This document shows, one piece after another, positions 1 to 16,370 of a DNA stretch of 64,000 bases. The stretch is from contig JAWAFI010000002.1 of the NCBI GenBank assembly GCA_038890615.1, positions 1 through 64,000 of the forward strand, in the 5' to 3' direction. This DNA comes from Candidatus Anstonellales archaeon. Its GTDB lineage: Archaea; Micrarchaeota; Micrarchaeia; Anstonellales; J096. Within the stretch, counting starts at the first letter, position 1. Each line of letters starts with the position of its first letter. Under the pieces are notes generated by a model. It did not search any database. It had not been told where the DNA came from and worked only from the letters and a program-made list of their open reading frames with translations. The position numbers and the translations under genes are program-made.

Positions 1-2
1 GT

Positions 3-155
3 ATAAAAAGAGTATTAAGGAAAATGGAGAAAGAGGAAGGGCTGAATAAAAAGGAGGAAAAATTAATGAAAGTTGCTCTGAAGATGGCATTAAATAATTG
101 CAATAAAATAGCTGGAGGGCTGGTTGAAAATTGGTTGAGAGTTGCGCAACTGTAA
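3..155 (+). CDS. 3' end of an unidentified CDS (truncated by window edge)
   Basis: Open frame from position 3 (IKRVLRKMEKEE...MALNNCNKIAGGLVENWLRVAQL) to TAA at 153-155; purine-rich coding-like composition. Confidence 0.55.
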   Translation: MKRVLRKMEKEEGLNKKEEKLMKVALKMALNNCNKIAGGLVENWLRVAQL

Positions 156-190
156 AAAGAAAAAGAATTAAAAATAAAGAACCTAATTAA

Positions 191-2727
<2,537 letters not shown>

Positions 2728-3315
2728 ATGGGGCTAAGTTCGCAAGAAATTATAGAGATAGCAATTGCTTTTGTTGCGCTTACTGCCGGGATAGCGATAG
2801 CAATAGAAGGCATAGGAATAATTTTTGAGCCCCTTAAGATGGGAGTCCTAATGTTAGCATTAGGCTTTACAGTAGGGGTTGGGTTTGTTCTCCATGAGAT
2901 GGCGCACAAGGCAACTGCAAATTTTTTCGGCGTGCCTGCTGAATTCAGGATGTGGAAAGAGGGGATAATTCTAATGCTTATAACTTCACTAGTAGGGTTT
3001 GTTTTTGCGGCCCCAGGAGCTGTGTACATATTTGCAAACAAACTTAAGAGAGAAGAGAACGCGATCATATCGCTTGCAGGGCCAACTACAAACATAGTGC
3101 TTGGCTCATTCTTTGTCATCCTTGCGATACTCTTCCCTTTAACGCTCTATGGAGTAAAGATTTTCCTCTGGGGAGCAAAGATAAACTACTTCCTTGCATT
3201 CTTCAACCTTCTGCCCATATTTCCGCTTGACGGAAGCAAGGTTATAATGTGGAACTCGTTGGTATGGATTCTGTTTATTGGGATAGCATTCCTTCTGGGG
3301 TTTGTATTTATATGA
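2728..3315 (+). CDS. site-2 protease (M50) family membrane zinc metalloprotease
   Basis: HEMAH (HExxH), AGP motif and FNLLPIFPLDG. Confidence 0.92.
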   Translation: MGLSSQEIIEIAIAFVALTAGIAIAIEGIGIIFEPLKMGVLMLALGFTVGVGFVLHEMAHKATANFFGVPAEFRMWKEGIILMLITSLVGFVFAAPGAVYIFANKLKREENAIISLAGPTTNIVLGSFFVILAILFPLTLYGVKIFLWGAKINYFLAFFNLLPIFPLDGSKVIMWNSLVWILFIGIAFLLGFVFI

Positions 3316-3866
3316 GGGGCGCTGAAAGCAGGGTTTTCCCTGTTGTTTTTTTGGGCAGGAAAATGCTTAAGAAAGAGAGGATGGAAAGAGGATATAGGGA
3401 GCCAGCGCTCGACAGAATGTTAAGGAAGAAGAGGACGGTGCAGGAGGCAAGGCTTCTTAACAGGGCAAAAAAGGCAGGTGTAAGCACTCCTACAGTGTAT
3501 ATGGTGGAAGAGTATGCGCTAACATTCACTAAAATAAAAGGCAGGAAGCCTAAGATGAAAGGGGATGAAGTAAGGGAAGCTGCAAAAATGCTCGCAAAGC
3601 TCCACAAAGCAGATATTGTGCATGGAGATTATACTGCTGCAAACCTCCTTGTAAACAACAAAGGCATGCATGTCATTGATTTTGGGCTGGGCATGGTAAG
3701 CCAAAGAATTGAGGATAAGGCAATGGATGTAATGACTATGCTTAGGACATTGGAAGAAAAGGAAAGGAAGGAGTTTATAAAGGAGTACGAAAAAGAGTGG
3801 GATAAAGGGAAGGAATGCATAAAAAGGTGGAGGGAGGCAGAAAAGAGAATAAGATACGCTCAATAG
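3312..3866 (+). CDS. bud32: KEOPS complex kinase Bud32
   Basis: GAES, YRxPxLD, EARLL, HGDYTAAN, IDFGL; ATG at 3312 overlaps upstream TGA (ATGA). Confidence 0.92.
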   Translation: MRGAESRVFPVVFLGRKMLKKERMERGYREPALDRMLRKKRTVQEARLLNRAKKAGVSTPTVYMVEEYALTFTKIKGRKPKMKGDEVREAAKMLAKLHKADIVHGDYTAANLLVNNKGMHVIDFGLGMVSQRIEDKAMDVMTMLRTLEEKERKEFIKEYEKEWDKGKECIKRWREAEKRIRYAQ

Positions 3867-4591
3867 CGCACTTTTTCTTCCCCTAAGAGCACAGTCCAAC
3901 TGTCATCCTTTTTCAAGCTTTCAATAACTTCAGAATTCGTTATGCAGACCTTCACGCAGCGAGCAACCCTCCTTAACTGAAACATGCTCTCTTGGTCAAG
4001 GTCAGCAAAAACCAGCAAATCCTTCCCCTTAAACAGGCTTATGCTCTTTACGAGCTCATTTCGCGGTATGTTTTCAACCTCTTCTGCAGGGCGGGAAGAT
4101 AATAAATAGACCCCTGCTGAATTTTCCTTGGCAAATGAAAGCAAGGAGTATTGAGAGAGAATTGTTATGTCAGGGAAGTCAATGCCTGCGCGCCTTAGCA
4201 CTGCTCCTGGGTTGAACCTGCTTGTTACCTCTACGCCAGGCGCGCTGAAATCCATGCCTTGCTCCAGCATGACCAATACTTTGGCGTCCTTCCTTTGTTC
4301 TGCAAGCTGCGCTGCATAAGTTAATGTTGACCTGTTTAAATTTGAAGCGGATGCTATGAATGTAAGTTCCCCCCTGTGGGAAAGGGCTGCTCTGTAAGCT
4401 TCTGATGGGTTCATGAAAAGGTCAATGCCTTCCCTGCCAGCTAGGTTGCTTTTTACAAGAGAGTATTCCCTTTCATCAGATGCAACATATATTACCTTCT
4501 TGCTCAAAAAATCAACTGCTGGGGAAGGAACTCTAGTATTATCTGGGAAGCCTTCTGCCCTTTCTCCAAGCGTCCTCTTTCTTAGCTCCAT
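3860..4591 (-). CDS. hypothetical protein
   Basis: 243-aa ORF with ATG start filling the gap; no motif recognised. Confidence 0.65.
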   Translation of the reverse strand: MELRKRTLGERAEGFPDNTRVPSPAVDFLSKKVIYVASDEREYSLVKSNLAGREGIDLFMNPSEAYRAALSHRGELTFIASASNLNRSTLTYAAQLAEQRKDAKVLVMLEQGMDFSAPGVEVTSRFNPGAVLRRAGIDFPDITILSQYSLLSFAKENSAGVYLLSSRPAEEVENIPRNELVKSISLFKGKDLLVFADLDQESMFQLRRVARCVKVCITNSEVIESLKKDDSWTVLLGEEKVRY

Positions 4592-4713
4592 GCCCCCACA
4601 TTAATATTTTTTTTTGGATATGTTTAAAAACATTTGCATAACAAGCTTAAAAGTGAAAAATATCGAAAATAAACATAGAAAGTATTAAATATTGGAATAA
4701 AATAGATTGAATC

Positions 4714-5514
4714 ATGGCAGAAAACATATATGAAAGACCTAGTAAAGAAATACCGAAAATACCAGGAGGTGGAGAAGGGCCTCCTATAGAACCTCCGGAT
4801 AGTTTTAGATGTGGGTCTGTGCTCGCAGAGGAAAAATGGTTTGAGAAAGAGATAATGTCCCAGATAAGAGACGATCCTAAAGTTAAGAGAATGCTTGCTA
4901 AATTTGTTGGAGAGGTCCTAAATGAGAACATAAGCAATCTGGACAAAATAACAATGGCAGAATACGCAATCAAGTACCTTTCAGACCCTCTTGCCCTCAA
5001 GAGAGAGGAATTCCAGGTTTTGATGGCTTTCAACCCAGATGAGCAAATTGGCTACAAAATTGCAAATAATCTGCTTGACTTAGAGATAGCAATTGAAGCA
5101 AATGCAAAAAGGATTGAAAAATATGTCGAAAAAAAGAACAATAGAGGAGAATATCTGACCGAAACAGATAATGTCACACTTCCTAATGGTGAGAAAAGGT
5201 TAATCAACAAAATAGCCTATTTTAAACACCTGGCAGAGTTAAGGGTTAAACTAAGCGGAATGGTAGAAAGAGATACAGTTGAAGAGGTTGCAGAAAAGAT
5301 AGCAGAAGCAATCAATAAAAGGAACGATGAGCTTAAAAAAGCCAATATAGGAAGGTTTGATGCTTACGATGCAGGTATTTTTGCAAAATTGCTTGCCCAA
5401 GAGCTTGGCCTTGAGTCAAAGCTTGAGTTTACTGATAAAGAAGCTTTGTTTAAAATAAAGGATCCTATTATAGGAGGGTCTAAAAAGGGCTGGTATACAA
5501 TAAAATTCGCATAA
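4714..5514 (+). CDS. hypothetical protein (charged, helical)
   Basis: 266-aa ORF, ATG start after AT-rich spacer; no motif recognised. Confidence 0.7.
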   Translation: MAENIYERPSKEIPKIPGGGEGPPIEPPDSFRCGSVLAEEKWFEKEIMSQIRDDPKVKRMLAKFVGEVLNENISNLDKITMAEYAIKYLSDPLALKREEFQVLMAFNPDEQIGYKIANNLLDLEIAIEANAKRIEKYVEKKNNRGEYLTETDNVTLPNGEKRLINKIAYFKHLAELRVKLSGMVERDTVEEVAEKIAEAINKRNDELKKANIGRFDAYDAGIFAKLLAQELGLESKLEFTDKEALFKIKDPIIGGSKKGWYTIKFA

Positions 5515-5553
5515 GCATAAACAATACTTATTTAAAGGAAATGAATAATTAGC

Positions 5554-6849
5554 ATGAATAGGTTCCTTGCGTTCTTTATTATCGGAATAGTTTTGGCACC
5601 TCCTCTGATGGCGCAGAGCTTGGGCAGCCTTCCAGTAACACAAATAAGATGCATCAGCAACGACCTTAATGGGCTCAGAGGCGAAGATTTGAGGGAATCG
5701 TTCAGGTTCTGCACAATCCCAGGGATAGAATGCGGAGAATGCAGGGAAGAAAATGGCGCTTCATCTGCTTCTGCAGGAGGGATAAAGGTATTCACATGCC
5801 CTGTAACTGCAAAAAACCTGAAGCTTGCATACAGGTGCTGGGAAAGGGGGTGTATAGTTAGCATAGGCGGCTCAAACTTCTTTATGGCAACTGATGAGCA
5901 GGGGCTTATGCAAAAATGCCTTGAAACCTTTGGCTCCTGCGAATGCTTGGAAAATGAATGTATAGTTTCTAGTGAAATGCTAACGCTTCCTGCAGTTTGC
6001 ACTGAAAATGGTTGTGCAATTTGGCAAACGCTTATACCTTTTTGCCACAATGCGCCAATAGCCAATAATACATCAATATCACTTAGGGGCCTTCTGACAG
6101 GTTCCTATGAAAGAAACGGGTTTGCAGGAGGGTGGCAGGGAAATCTGGAGGTTGAGGATGATGGAAGGCTTATGCTGCCTTTTGGAGGAGGGTTCCAGCT
6201 GCTTGTAGATTCAAACAGCATGTTTGAAATAACGCCTGAGAAACTGAGGTTCAGGACGATGCTTGGCCATGGCGGGTTCAGCTTTGAGGCAGATGTAGAC
6301 GTGATCGAAGAGGTTGACGGGCAGACATTCCTAAAACTAAAAAACATAAGGATGCTGATAGAAGATGTATCTCCTAGAAATGGTGTTGTGATTGACATAG
6401 AAGCAAAGGCAGACACGCTGAAAAAGGAGTTAACCTTTGAGTTTGGAAACAGTGATGAATTCCCGGAGGAAGAAGGGGAGGGCAGAAAGCTTGCTGAATT
6501 CAAGGTAGGCAACGGCCTTGCAAACTTTGATGACGTTACCATAAGATTCAAGGTTCACAAAAGCATTGTTGGAAACGGAGGGTTAAAGGTATTCAAGAAA
6601 TTTGAGGATGGCCACATAGAGGAGCTCATTCCAGAGATAGAGCAGGCAGGCAACTGGTATTACATAACAGTCAATAGCAACTCTTTCAGCATATACGCAA
6701 TTACCACTATTGGCTACGCCAATCCTGAGGGCACAGCAGAGCCCAAAAGCAATCAAGAGGGCTCATGCTTGGGGGCCATCGCTATGATAGGAGCAGCAAC
6801 AGGTATTGGTATAATAGGAAAAGGAAAAGGGCAAAAGCGCCTGCAATGA
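5554..6849 (+). CDS. secreted/surface protein, Cys-rich N-terminus, PGF-pre-PGF-like C-terminal domain and C-terminal anchor
   Basis: Signal peptide; more than ten Cys in first ~170 aa; VTIRFKV...YITVNSNSFSIYAIT; C-terminal SCLGAIAMIGAATG hydrophobic tail followed by basic residues. Confidence 0.7.
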   Translation: MNRFLAFFIIGIVLAPPLMAQSLGSLPVTQIRCISNDLNGLRGEDLRESFRFCTIPGIECGECREENGASSASAGGIKVFTCPVTAKNLKLAYRCWERGCIVSIGGSNFFMATDEQGLMQKCLETFGSCECLENECIVSSEMLTLPAVCTENGCAIWQTLIPFCHNAPIANNTSISLRGLLTGSYERNGFAGGWQGNLEVEDDGRLMLPFGGGFQLLVDSNSMFEITPEKLRFRTMLGHGGFSFEADVDVIEEVDGQTFLKLKNIRMLIEDVSPRNGVVIDIEAKADTLKKELTFEFGNSDEFPEEEGEGRKLAEFKVGNGLANFDDVTIRFKVHKSIVGNGGLKVFKKFEDGHIEELIPEIEQAGNWYYITVNSNSFSIYAITTIGYANPEGTAEPKSNQEGSCLGAIAMIGAATGIGIIGKGKGQKRLQ

Positions 6850-7303
6850 TTCCTTTAATTCCTTTAAGGTTTGAGGAAGAATCTATTGAATAAGCAAACA
6901 CCACTGTTGGATAATAAGTGGTAAAAAGCGAAGCTGCTGATGATAGGAGCACATTAGTAAGCCCTGTGAGTGACCCTAATGCAATTAAAACCAAAACAAG
7001 TATGAAAACAGACAGCGAAACTAAGAAAAGGGTTACAGAGCAGCAGCTCAGCAGCTGGGCAGGAATTATCTCTGAGCCGAGAGCTTTAAGCAGCGCATAA
7101 AGGAGAACTGCCATTATTGCAAGGAAAGCAGTTGAGGCAGTGAAGTTGACCACTAAGTTAAAAATAGTCAAGTCGGCAGGTAGGGAGAAAATAAGCGAAG
7201 AGGCAGAAAGCAGGACCAGCGCAATAGGAATGGGCACTTCTGCTGCCTTTTTGGTGCTTTCTTCTGAAAATACAAGCAAACCTAAAGCATCAACAACTAT
7301 CAT
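6782..7303 (-). CDS. polytopic membrane protein (Yip1-like)
   Basis: About 5 hydrophobic segments; ATGA-type overlap with upstream cyclase stop. Confidence 0.6.
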   Translation of the reverse strand: MIVVDALGLLVFSEESTKKAAEVPIPIALVLLSASSLIFSLPADLTIFNLVVNFTASTAFLAIMAVLLYALLKALGSEIIPAQLLSCCSVTLFLVSLSVFILVLVLIALGSLTGLTNVLLSSAASLFTTYYPTVVFAYSIDSSSNLKGIKGIIAGAFALFLFLLYQYLLLLLS

Positions 7304-8220
7304 TTGTAGATCACCTTGTAGTATGTAACCTCTTTTTTCTTTCCCTTGACCTGCGCAGTAAGCGGCCCTTCTGCCTTAAGCCCTTTTAGCCCTTCCCTGG
7401 CTGTCTCTTCGCAAATCACTATCTCGCCAGCAGCCGCAACGCCGTTAAGGCGAGAGGCAAGGTTCACTGTATCCCCTATCACTGTATAGTCCATATAATG
7501 CTCTGAGCCAATGTTGCCTTCTACCAATGGTCCTGTGGCCATCCCTATGCCTATTTCAATCCTCCTTTTCCCCTCTGCCTCCCTCTTCTTGTTCATCTCC
7601 TCTATGCCTTTTTGGATGTCTATGGCAGCAAGTATTGCCTTATGCCTGAAATCCTCCTGCTCTATGGGCACATTGAAAGCAATCATAGCTGCATCGCCTA
7701 TATATTTGAGTATTGTGCCATCGTGCTTTAGCGCTATTGAAGCAATGACATTGAAGTGCTCATTCAGGGATGCAACTACATCCTCTGGTGTTGTGCTCTC
7801 AGAAAAAGAGGTGAATCCTCTAACATCAGTGAATATTATTGTGGCAATCTTCCTCCTCCCTCCTGTGCCTATCTGCTCTTGCTTTACAAGCTCTGAAACT
7901 ATCTTTGGTGAAACATATTTTGAGAAAAACTGCTCAACCTTCTTCTTCTCTTTCTCTACCAAGAATCGCTTGCGCTCAAGGTAAGCGTAAATGACAAAAA
8001 GCAGCACAGGCACTGCGTTAACCAGAAGCTCAAATGATGAGATCAGCGACTTAAGGGTTGAAGCATAAAGCTCTAGCCATATGTTGAACATGACGCTGAA
8101 AAGCACAAGAAGGGCAACTATTGAAGAAAAGCTCTTGCTTGAAATGAAGTGCTTGAGGGCCTTTATTGTAAGGTAAAAAAGGAATGAGATGACAAGCACA
8201 AATATGTTGAAGTCCACCAT
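7300..8220 (-). CDS. membrane-anchored class III adenylate/guanylate cyclase
   Basis: Three N-terminal TM helices; IFTDVRGFT, KYIGDAAM, DYTVIGDTVNLASRL motifs. Confidence 0.93.
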   Translation of the reverse strand: MVDFNIFVLVISFLFYLTIKALKHFISSKSFSSIVALLVLFSVMFNIWLELYASTLKSLISSFELLVNAVPVLLFVIYAYLERKRFLVEKEKKKVEQFFSKYVSPKIVSELVKQEQIGTGGRRKIATIIFTDVRGFTSFSESTTPEDVVASLNEHFNVIASIALKHDGTILKYIGDAAMIAFNVPIEQEDFRHKAILAAIDIQKGIEEMNKKREAEGKRRIEIGIGMATGPLVEGNIGSEHYMDYTVIGDTVNLASRLNGVAAAGEIVICEETAREGLKGLKAEGPLTAQVKGKKKEVTYYKVIYK

Positions 8221-8312
8221 CTGCTAATCCATGAGTTGGCAACTATAAAAAGCTTTGCTGATTTGCAGCCTAGCAAGATTAATATATAAAAAGCTTTAGC
8301 ATAAAGGAAAGC

Positions 8313-9392
8313 ATGGTTACTACTGCAGTCGCGCCTACAAACATTGCAACGCTTAAATACTGGGGAAAAAACCCGGCATGGGAGGAATACCACATACCTA
8401 CGAAAAGCAGCCTTTCCTTCACTGTTGACGGGCTTTACACAAAAACCACAGTGCAGGCAAAAAAAGGCAGCGGGAATGTTGAATTCAACCTAAACAGGAA
8501 GGTTATAACGCCTGAAATGAAAGAGTATGAATATGTAGGGGATTTCTTGAAGAAAGTAGGGGCAATTTACCCCTTCTTGAATAGTTATGACTATGAGATT
8601 GTGAGCGAGAACAATTTCCCCACTGCTGCTGGGTTTGCAAGCTCAGCAAGCGGGTTTGCGGCCCTTATAAAAGCAATCGCAGGGGAGGTAAAAGAGTTGG
8701 CTTTTGCAAAAGGCAATGACAGGAAGCTGTCTGCACTAGCAAGGCTGGGCTCTGGCTCAGCAACAAGGAGCATCCCTTCAAAAGGGGGCTTCGTTGTATG
8801 GGAAAGGGGCATAAGCCCTGATGACAAGCGAACTCCAGAAAATGTTTCGCAGGAAGAGAAAGAGAAGATAATTGACAGCAGCTACTCTGAAACTCTTGTG
8901 GAGCCAGATGCTTGGCAGGAGCTCAGAATCATATATGTGAAGGTAAAGGAGGAGGAGAAGAAGGTGAAGAGCAGGGCTGGCATGAAAACCTCAGTGGCAA
9001 CAAGCCAATTCTACAAAGCTTGGGTAGAATACGAAGAGAATGAAATGAAGGGAAAAATGGTGAATGCAGTGAGGCAGAAGGATTTCGGGCTGTTTGCAGA
9101 GCTGACAATGAAGGCAAGCAACAACCTCCATTCAATATGCCTTAATACATATCCTCCTATAAGCTACCTAAACGAAACGAGCTGGAAAATAATAAACATG
9201 GTGCATGATATAAATGAAGGGGAGGTGAAGGCAGCTTATACTTATGATGCAGGGCCTAATGCAGTTGTTTTCACTTTGGGCAAGCACGAAGGAGAGGTAA
9301 AGGGGGCGCTTGCAGAGGTAGTCGGGAAAGAGAACCTTTTTGCCACAAGGATGGGGAGGGGCCCTTATTACACTGATAACCACCTTTTTTGA
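8313..9392 (+). CDS. mvaD: diphosphomevalonate decarboxylase
   Basis: NIATLKYWGK, NNFPTAAGFASSASG, ARLGSGSATRS, SRAGM, YTYDAGPN. Confidence 0.93.
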   Translation: MVTTAVAPTNIATLKYWGKNPAWEEYHIPTKSSLSFTVDGLYTKTTVQAKKGSGNVEFNLNRKVITPEMKEYEYVGDFLKKVGAIYPFLNSYDYEIVSENNFPTAAGFASSASGFAALIKAIAGEVKELAFAKGNDRKLSALARLGSGSATRSIPSKGGFVVWERGISPDDKRTPENVSQEEKEKIIDSSYSETLVEPDAWQELRIIYVKVKEEEKKVKSRAGMKTSVATSQFYKAWVEYEENEMKGKMVNAVRQKDFGLFAELTMKASNNLHSICLNTYPPISYLNETSWKIINMVHDINEGEVKAAYTYDAGPNAVVFTLGKHEGEVKGALAEVVGKENLFATRMGRGPYYTDNHLF

Positions 9393-9401
9393 GGTAATGA
9401 T

Positions 9402-10553
9402 ATGAAGGTAACCGCACCAGGAAAGATTCTCCTGCTTGGGGGATATGCAGTGCTTGAAGGCTATCCGGCGCTGAGCATTGCTGTGCTAGACAACAAGGGC
9501 ATGGGCGTAAGCGCAGCTGTTGAAAAAGGAGAAGCGCGCATAGTGGCAAAGGAGTTCGGAATAAACAAGGAAATTGACTTGAAGAGCCCATTCTTGTCGC
9601 TGAAAAACATTCTTCCAGAGGAAAAGATATCGGCAACTGCGTATGCAGCAGCAGTCGCTTACATAAAAGCAAAGGGGCTTGAGCCACTTGCGCTAAAGAT
9701 TGATGTCAGCAACAGCCCCATATTCGGGAGCAAAGAGGAAAAGAGCGGGATAGGCAGCTCTGCTGCTGCAACAGTTGCAATTGTTGCAGGAATATTTGAA
9801 GGGAATGGGTTGGATATAAACACCAACAGGGATGCCATACACAAAGTAGCGCAGGTTTCCCACGCTCTTGCAACAAACAAAGTAGGAAGCGGCTTTGATG
9901 TAGCTTCGGCAACTTACGGGAGCATAAAATACCAGAGGTACCCTGCAAGCACCATTGACATAATTATGGATAAATTGAATGAAAATAACTTCAGCAGTGA
10001 AATAGCAAGGATCGTTGACAAGCTTTGGAAAGGGCTAATGTCAAAACCCTATCATCTAGAAGGATATGACATCATTGCATTCAACATTAGGGGCGTAAAA
10101 ACTTCTACCATTTCCTCAGTGAAGGCAGTGAAGCAGCTTATGGCAGCAAACAAGGGCCTCTACTTAAATCTGATAAAAGAGCAGGCAGAGGCAGAAGCAA
10201 TTGTGTTCAGGGCGCTGGAGAAAGAGAATGACGGGAAGGTTAGGGAGGGCATGCATTTGGCAAGGGAAGCGCAGCAAAAGATAAGCAAAGCAGCAGAGGC
10301 AATGGGGATAAAGGGCTTTGACCCAATAGAGCCCCCTGTAGTGACCAAGCTAATTGAAAAGGCAGAAAGAATAAAAGGAGTGGTTGCAGGCAGATGCCCA
10401 GGCGCAGGAGGTTATGACAGCGTTGCTTTCCTTGTGAAGGAAAAGAATGCAAAGACAACTGAGAAAATAATGAAAGAGGGAAAAGGGCTTGGCATGAAAC
10501 TCAGACTACTTAATGCAAGCATAAGCAGGGAAGGGGTAAAAGCAGTTAGCTAA
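9402..10553 (+). CDS. phosphomevalonate kinase, ERG8-type GHMP kinase
   Basis: APGKILLLGGYAVL, KSGIGSSAA, KVGSGFDVASATYGSIKYQRY, PIEP, PGAGGYD; follows mvaD. Confidence 0.9.
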   Translation: MKVTAPGKILLLGGYAVLEGYPALSIAVLDNKGMGVSAAVEKGEARIVAKEFGINKEIDLKSPFLSLKNILPEEKISATAYAAAVAYIKAKGLEPLALKIDVSNSPIFGSKEEKSGIGSSAAATVAIVAGIFEGNGLDINTNRDAIHKVAQVSHALATNKVGSGFDVASATYGSIKYQRYPASTIDIIMDKLNENNFSSEIARIVDKLWKGLMSKPYHLEGYDIIAFNIRGVKTSTISSVKAVKQLMAANKGLYLNLIKEQAEAEAIVFRALEKENDGKVREGMHLAREAQQKISKAAEAMGIKGFDPIEPPVVTKLIEKAERIKGVVAGRCPGAGGYDSVAFLVKEKNAKTTEKIMKEGKGLGMKLRLLNASISREGVKAVS

Positions 10554-10977
10554 TGATTACATCCAAAACAGTTCCTGGCTCTATATTGTTTGAAGCGCTG
10601 AAGCCCGGCTTTGTCTCCACTGCATAAAGAGCCGGCTTTTCTGAGGAATAAGAAGGGCAAGGATCGCTAATGCAGGGCTCCATATGCCTTATTGCCACTA
10701 CTGTGCCATTCTTGGCAATAAAGATTACTTCTAAGTCAACCACTGTATTTTTCATCCAAAAGCTTTGCACCGCTTCGCTATCAAATACAAAAAGCATGCC
10801 TTTCCCTTCAGGAAGTTCAGTGCGCCCCATGAGGCCTCGGACCCTTTCTTCAGGCGTGTCTGCAACTTCAAGGGCTATGGGGAGCTCCTTGCCATCCTTG
10901 ATAATCTTTGGCTTTTTTGGCTGCGTGCATCCTGAAAGCAGGAGGAGCAAAACAAGAAGCAGCGCTTTCTTCATCAC
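10546..10977 (-). CDS. DUF192 family lipoprotein
   Basis: LLSGC lipobox; EVADTPEERVRGLM, GMLFVF, FWMKNT. Confidence 0.9.
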   Translation of the reverse strand: MMKKALLLVLLLLLSGCTQPKKPKIIKDGKELPIALEVADTPEERVRGLMGRTELPEGKGMLFVFDSEAVQSFWMKNTVVDLEVIFIAKNGTVVAIRHMEPCISDPCPSYSSEKPALYAVETKPGFSASNNIEPGTVLDVIIS

Positions 10978-12230
10978 TTCACCAGCTTATTCCCTAAATG
11001 GAGCGAGCGGCATATTGCATAAGCCTGTAATGCCTTTGAAAACCGCTTGCCCCACCCAGCATTTATCTTTGGCCTGAACAAGTGGTTGGGGAGGGGTTTT
11101 ATGAAGCGCTTTACAACTGCCTCAGGCCTTTCAAGCTTGGAAAAGCTTAATGCATAGAGCCTGCTTCTCAATTGGAAAACCTTCTTTCCTTTAGAGAATG
11201 CCTCTGAGTGCTCAGGGCTTGAAATTTCAGGACCTACCCTTATTGAAAGGCCCCCTAACTTGCTTGATGTATAGAATAGCAAGATTGCCGGCTCTGGCTC
11301 ATCCCAAGCAAAGTAGTCAAAAGCCCCTGTTGCCTTGGCAATCCTTTTTCCAAGGGAGTTGAGCTGTGAAATGTATATGTCCTCAACAGCATCTGTCTTA
11401 AAAGTGATGAATACTGGGTAGAAGGCCTTTAGCAGGGATAGGTCTGCTTTCTGAGCAGAGAAGAAGGAAAGGTCTGGATTCTTCAGAAAAGCGCGTGCAA
11501 GAAGGGAAAACCTATAGAAGTTATGCTCTGAAACAGCAGCAGCAACATTCCTGCTCCTGTCAACAGGGTCTATGACAACGAAAGGGCTATCAAAAGGGTT
11601 TGAGCCCTTATGGTAGTTTTCCATATCTATGAAAACACGCTTCCAAAAGGCGGCTTGTCTGATAAGGTTTGAAAGCGACTTGTAATGAAGTATGAGAAGT
11701 TCAGCGAGGTAGCCGGAAAAGCCCCCATACTTGATTTCAGCGCCGTAAAGCAAGTGGGCTTTAAGTAGCTTTTTCAGGATGCGCACATCATCTTTTTGCG
11801 AATCGTTTAGATGGGAATTGATGTATTCAGTATGGAATGGTGAGCGGTCCACTGCACTTTTTACCTTCCCTATTGGGACATCATATACAGGCACTAGCTC
11901 AACCTTCATCCCTTTTAAAACAAGCGAGAGGTAAGGGTGCTTTGCAAACTTCTTCTCCCTCTTTGCTTCAGGAAAAGCTTTTTTTGCTATGGCTTCTATC
12001 TCAGGGAGCATCTTTTCTTGCGGCTCTTTCTCATCAAAGTAGACAAAAATGTCAGCATCTATGTCATCTGGCAGGTAAGTGCCCTTTGCCAAGGAGCCGG
12101 CAAGCACTGCCTTCCTTTTTGTGGAGGAGCGAATCCTTTGTAATATTGAATCAGCACTTGGAGCAGGTTTTCTGGCTAGGGCAAACCTAAGCTCCTCTCG
12201 GACCTTTTCCAAGCTCTTTTCAAGGCGCAT
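10974..12230 (-). CDS. cca: archaeal class I CCA-adding enzyme
   Basis: GSLAKGT, DADIF, HPY, SAVDRSPFHT, YGAE, GFSGYLAELL, DPVD. Confidence 0.95.
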   Translation of the reverse strand: MRLEKSLEKVREELRFALARKPAPSADSILQRIRSSTKRKAVLAGSLAKGTYLPDDIDADIFVYFDEKEPQEKMLPEIEAIAKKAFPEAKREKKFAKHPYLSLVLKGMKVELVPVYDVPIGKVKSAVDRSPFHTEYINSHLNDSQKDDVRILKKLLKAHLLYGAEIKYGGFSGYLAELLILHYKSLSNLIRQAAFWKRVFIDMENYHKGSNPFDSPFVVIDPVDRSRNVAAAVSEHNFYRFSLLARAFLKNPDLSFFSAQKADLSLLKAFYPVFITFKTDAVEDIYISQLNSLGKRIAKATGAFDYFAWDEPEPAILLFYTSSKLGGLSIRVGPEISSPEHSEAFSKGKKVFQLRSRLYALSFSKLERPEAVVKRFIKPLPNHLFRPKINAGWGKRFSKALQAYAICRSLHLGNKLVK

Positions 12231-12266
12231 AAGAAAGTTTAAATACTTGCCCTTTTAAACCTTAAC

Positions 12267-16366
<4,100 letters not shown>

Positions 16367-16370
16367 TTGC

